Shown: one piece after another, positions 62,048-64,000 of the stretch | How positions within the stretch are numbered: the first letter of the stretch is position 1 | How the letters are laid out: every line of letters begins with the position of its first letter | NCBI GenBank assembly: GCA_042408215.1 | Contig: JAYFMW010000006.1 | Location: 704,001 to 768,000, forward strand | Length of the DNA: 64,000 bases | Source of the DNA: Microcoleus sp. | Lineage (GTDB): Bacteria > Cyanobacteriota > Cyanobacteriia > Cyanobacteriales > Microcoleaceae | Direction of reading: 5' to 3' | The notes under the pieces: model-generated | Told to the model about the DNA's origin: nothing | The model's input: the letters and a program-made list of their open reading frames with translations, nothing else | The model's database searches: none | Made by a program: the position numbers and the translations under genes

Positions 62048-63437
62048 GTGAACTACCCGACGCTCATCGCTAGGCGATAGAGCACGGGCTTCCAGTCTCA
62101 ACGGCAACAGCATTAGATACGGAAGATTTCCTTCCAACCTTTTGTCTTACATTGCCTCCACTGGCAGTAGCGCTGGTTCCCAACGCTAATATCCGTAAGC
62201 CTTGATCTCGAATGTTGATAGCTGCATTGACATCTCTATCATGTTTAGTGTCGCAGTTGGAGCAAGTCCAGCTACGCACGTCTAGAGGCAAGCTACCCAC
62301 TTGATTTAGGCATACATGGCAAGTCTTACTTGATGGAAAAAACCTGCCAATTTCTAGGTAGGTCTTTCCATCTTTTTGGGCCTTGTATTTTAGTTGTCTG
62401 GTAAATTCTGACCAACCTGCATCGCTAATTGATTTAGCCAGATTGTGATTTTTTACCAGGTTCTTGACTGCTAGATCTTCGACAATGATGACTTGGTTTT
62501 CGTTCACCAGTTTGCGAGATAGTTTGTGCTGGAAGTCTTTGCGAGTGTTGGCAATCCGCTCATGCACTCGCGCTAGGATGCGCTTAGCCTTTTCACGACG
62601 CTTTGAACCCTGCTCTTTTCGGGAAAGCTTTTGTTGCTTGCGCTTCAGGTTTTTCTCACGCTTCCTCAGAGGTTTGGGACTATCAAACTTAGAGCCGTTA
62701 GAAGTGATAGCGAAGTGGGTTAGACCGACATCAATCCCAACTGCTTTACCTTCTGAGCTAATTTCTAATTCGGGTAGTCCATCATCGAACAAGAGAGAAG
62801 CATAATACTTCCGTGTCCTGTTCATGCTGATAGTGACAGTTTTCAATTTCCCTTCAAACGTCCGGTGCAGCTTAGCCTTGACTTCCCCAATTTTGGGAAT
62901 CTTCAAGGCATTGTCAAGTAGCTTGACGTTCTGAGGATATTGGATGGACTGTTTGTCGTGCTTACTCTTGAAGTTCGGGAAGGATGCCCGACCTTCAAAG
63001 AAGTTGATGAATGCCCTAGAGAGGTTGAGGCTGACCGACTGCAATACCTGGGAGTAGCAGTCGGTCAGCCAAGGAAACTCCTCTTTGAGTCCAGGCAAAC
63101 GGCTATTCATCCCAATCTGGGATAGCCCTTTGCCAGTCTCTTTGTAGAGTTCATTTGTTGCATTCAGTGAATTATTCCAGAACCATCTGGCACAGCCGAA
63201 AGCTTGTGATAGTGCTTCCTTCTGCTCATCGGTTGGATAAATTCGTACCTTTGCAACGTTTTTCATTGTTTGAGTTTAACACGAATTACGTTCACCGTAA
63301 ATTTCTTCTGACGCATAATTAATTGGCTGTTTTTGGGGCATCGAACCCCTCAACAGCCTCATCGCTGTCCCTGTATCCCGACGCTGAACGGAGTACCGCT
63401 ACAGCGCGGGACTTATAGCCCCTCAAACTCCCCATTA
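62048..63437 (-). mobile_element. IS200/IS605-family element lacking tnpA (left boundary uncertain)
   Basis: Right-end hairpin CCCGTGCTC..GAGCGTCGGG followed by TAGTTCAC; related left-end hairpin TCCCGCGCTG..CAGCGTCGGGA at 63376-63411. Confidence 0.75.
62070..63266 (-). CDS. tnpB: RNA-guided endonuclease TnpB
   Basis: RIYPT..Q HTH; RuvC residues in GIDVG, VEDL and DRDVNAA; CHVC..CSNC zinc finger. Confidence 0.95.
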   Translation of the reverse strand: MKNVAKVRIYPTDEQKEALSQAFGCARWFWNNSLNATNELYKETGKGLSQIGMNSRLPGLKEEFPWLTDCYSQVLQSVSLNLSRAFINFFEGRASFPNFKSKHDKQSIQYPQNVKLLDNALKIPKIGEVKAKLHRTFEGKLKTVTISMNRTRKYYASLLFDDGLPELEISSEGKAVGIDVGLTHFAITSNGSKFDSPKPLRKREKNLKRKQQKLSRKEQGSKRREKAKRILARVHERIANTRKDFQHKLSRKLVNENQVIIVEDLAVKNLVKNHNLAKSISDAGWSEFTRQLKYKAQKDGKTYLEIGRFFPSSKTCHVCLNQVGSLPLDVRSWTCSNCDTKHDRDVNAAINIRDQGLRILALGTSATASGGNVRQKVGRKSSVSNAVAVETGSPCSIA

Positions 63438-63438
63438 G

Positions 63439-64000
63439 TTAAATGCTGGAAACCGCCTGTTGAACTTTGTCCAATAGAGGTTCTATGTAGTTGGGCCAGC
63501 CGATCGCGATCGCCTGAGTGTGAGCGAGAGAATCCGGTTCGACGGCATCAGGCGTCCACAGGAGGGGCCTCCCTTGCAAATCGCAGCAGACTAAACCTGC
63601 CGCTTTGGCTAGGGCTAGAGGGCCTGCGGTATCCCACACTTTGACTCTACCATTGAGATAGATGTACAAACCGGCGCGACCGAGCATGACTTCGAGAACT
63701 TTTAACCCGAAGCTACCGAGGGAATAAAACTCAGCACCAGGTATGATTTGGGCGATCGCCTCACCGTAGTTTTTCTGGTCTTTGTCTCCGAGGACAATTT
63801 TACAATTTTCTGCTGTCGGAGCAGGAGGTTGGTGCAGAGCGATCGCAGAAGGCTCTTCTTCTCCAACCGTTTGGAACAATCCCCAATCTTTACCACCGAA
63901 GTACATTTTCCCGAAAGCTGGGGCGTAGATCCAACCGGCCACCGGTTCGCTATCTTGTAGCAGCCCCACCATCAGGGCATAGTGGAGTTTGCCCTTAATA
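63439..64000 (-). CDS. Inositol monophosphatase/CysQ-family protein (5' end outside the window)
   Basis: GSFGLKV and KVWDTAGPLAL..AAG. Confidence 0.85.
   Translation of the reverse strand, partial: IKGKLHYALMVGLLQDSEPVAGWIYAPAFGKMYFGGKDWGLFQTVGEEEPSAIALHQPPAPTAENCKIVLGDKDQKNYGEAIAQIIPGAEFYSLGSFGLKVLEVMLGRAGLYIYLNGRVKVWDTAGPLALAKAAGLVCCDLQGRPLLWTPDAVEPDSLAHTQAIAIGWPNYIEPLLDKVQQAVSSI

Noticed and set aside
63267..63437. IStron or tnpA upstream of tnpB
   Set aside because: Only about 170 nt, with no HUH/Y1 ORF and no group I intron core.
1..64000. tRNA or rRNA genes, and the many ORFs antisense to long genes
   Set aside because: No cloverleaf or rRNA signature was noticed by eye; the antisense ORFs are shadows of well-supported genes.

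Overview
This is cyanobacterial DNA, probably a filamentous Oscillatoriales/Microcoleus-like genome (inferred from the very frequent HIP1 octamer GCGATCGC, heptamer STRR tracts and the psaE-mutM-ndhO-mdh block). Housekeeping genes (ftsH, psaE, mutM, ndhO, mdh, acnB, mnmA, nnr) alternate with accessory loci: four to five toxin-antitoxin-like pairs, a TPR/OB plus inactive-helicase/TBP-like pair resembling TOTE conflict systems, a split NLR-like NACHT + WD40 pair, a decaying SiaABC-like module coupled to an adenylate cyclase, two photoreceptor genes and a TnpB element. The best find lies in the apparently empty gap at 33.7-35.5 kb: a complete 778-nt ORF-less group II intron (minus strand). Its EBS1/EBS2 match the terminal repeat of an abundant MITE, and it sits inside one such MITE, within a tandem duplication that also carries face-to-face consensus promoters around an 18-bp hairpin. 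Repeat elements are also inserted in frame in several proteins, including the same peptide in two unrelated enzymes. Several +1 frameshifts look like assembly errors. All family names come from recalled motifs; no database search was run.
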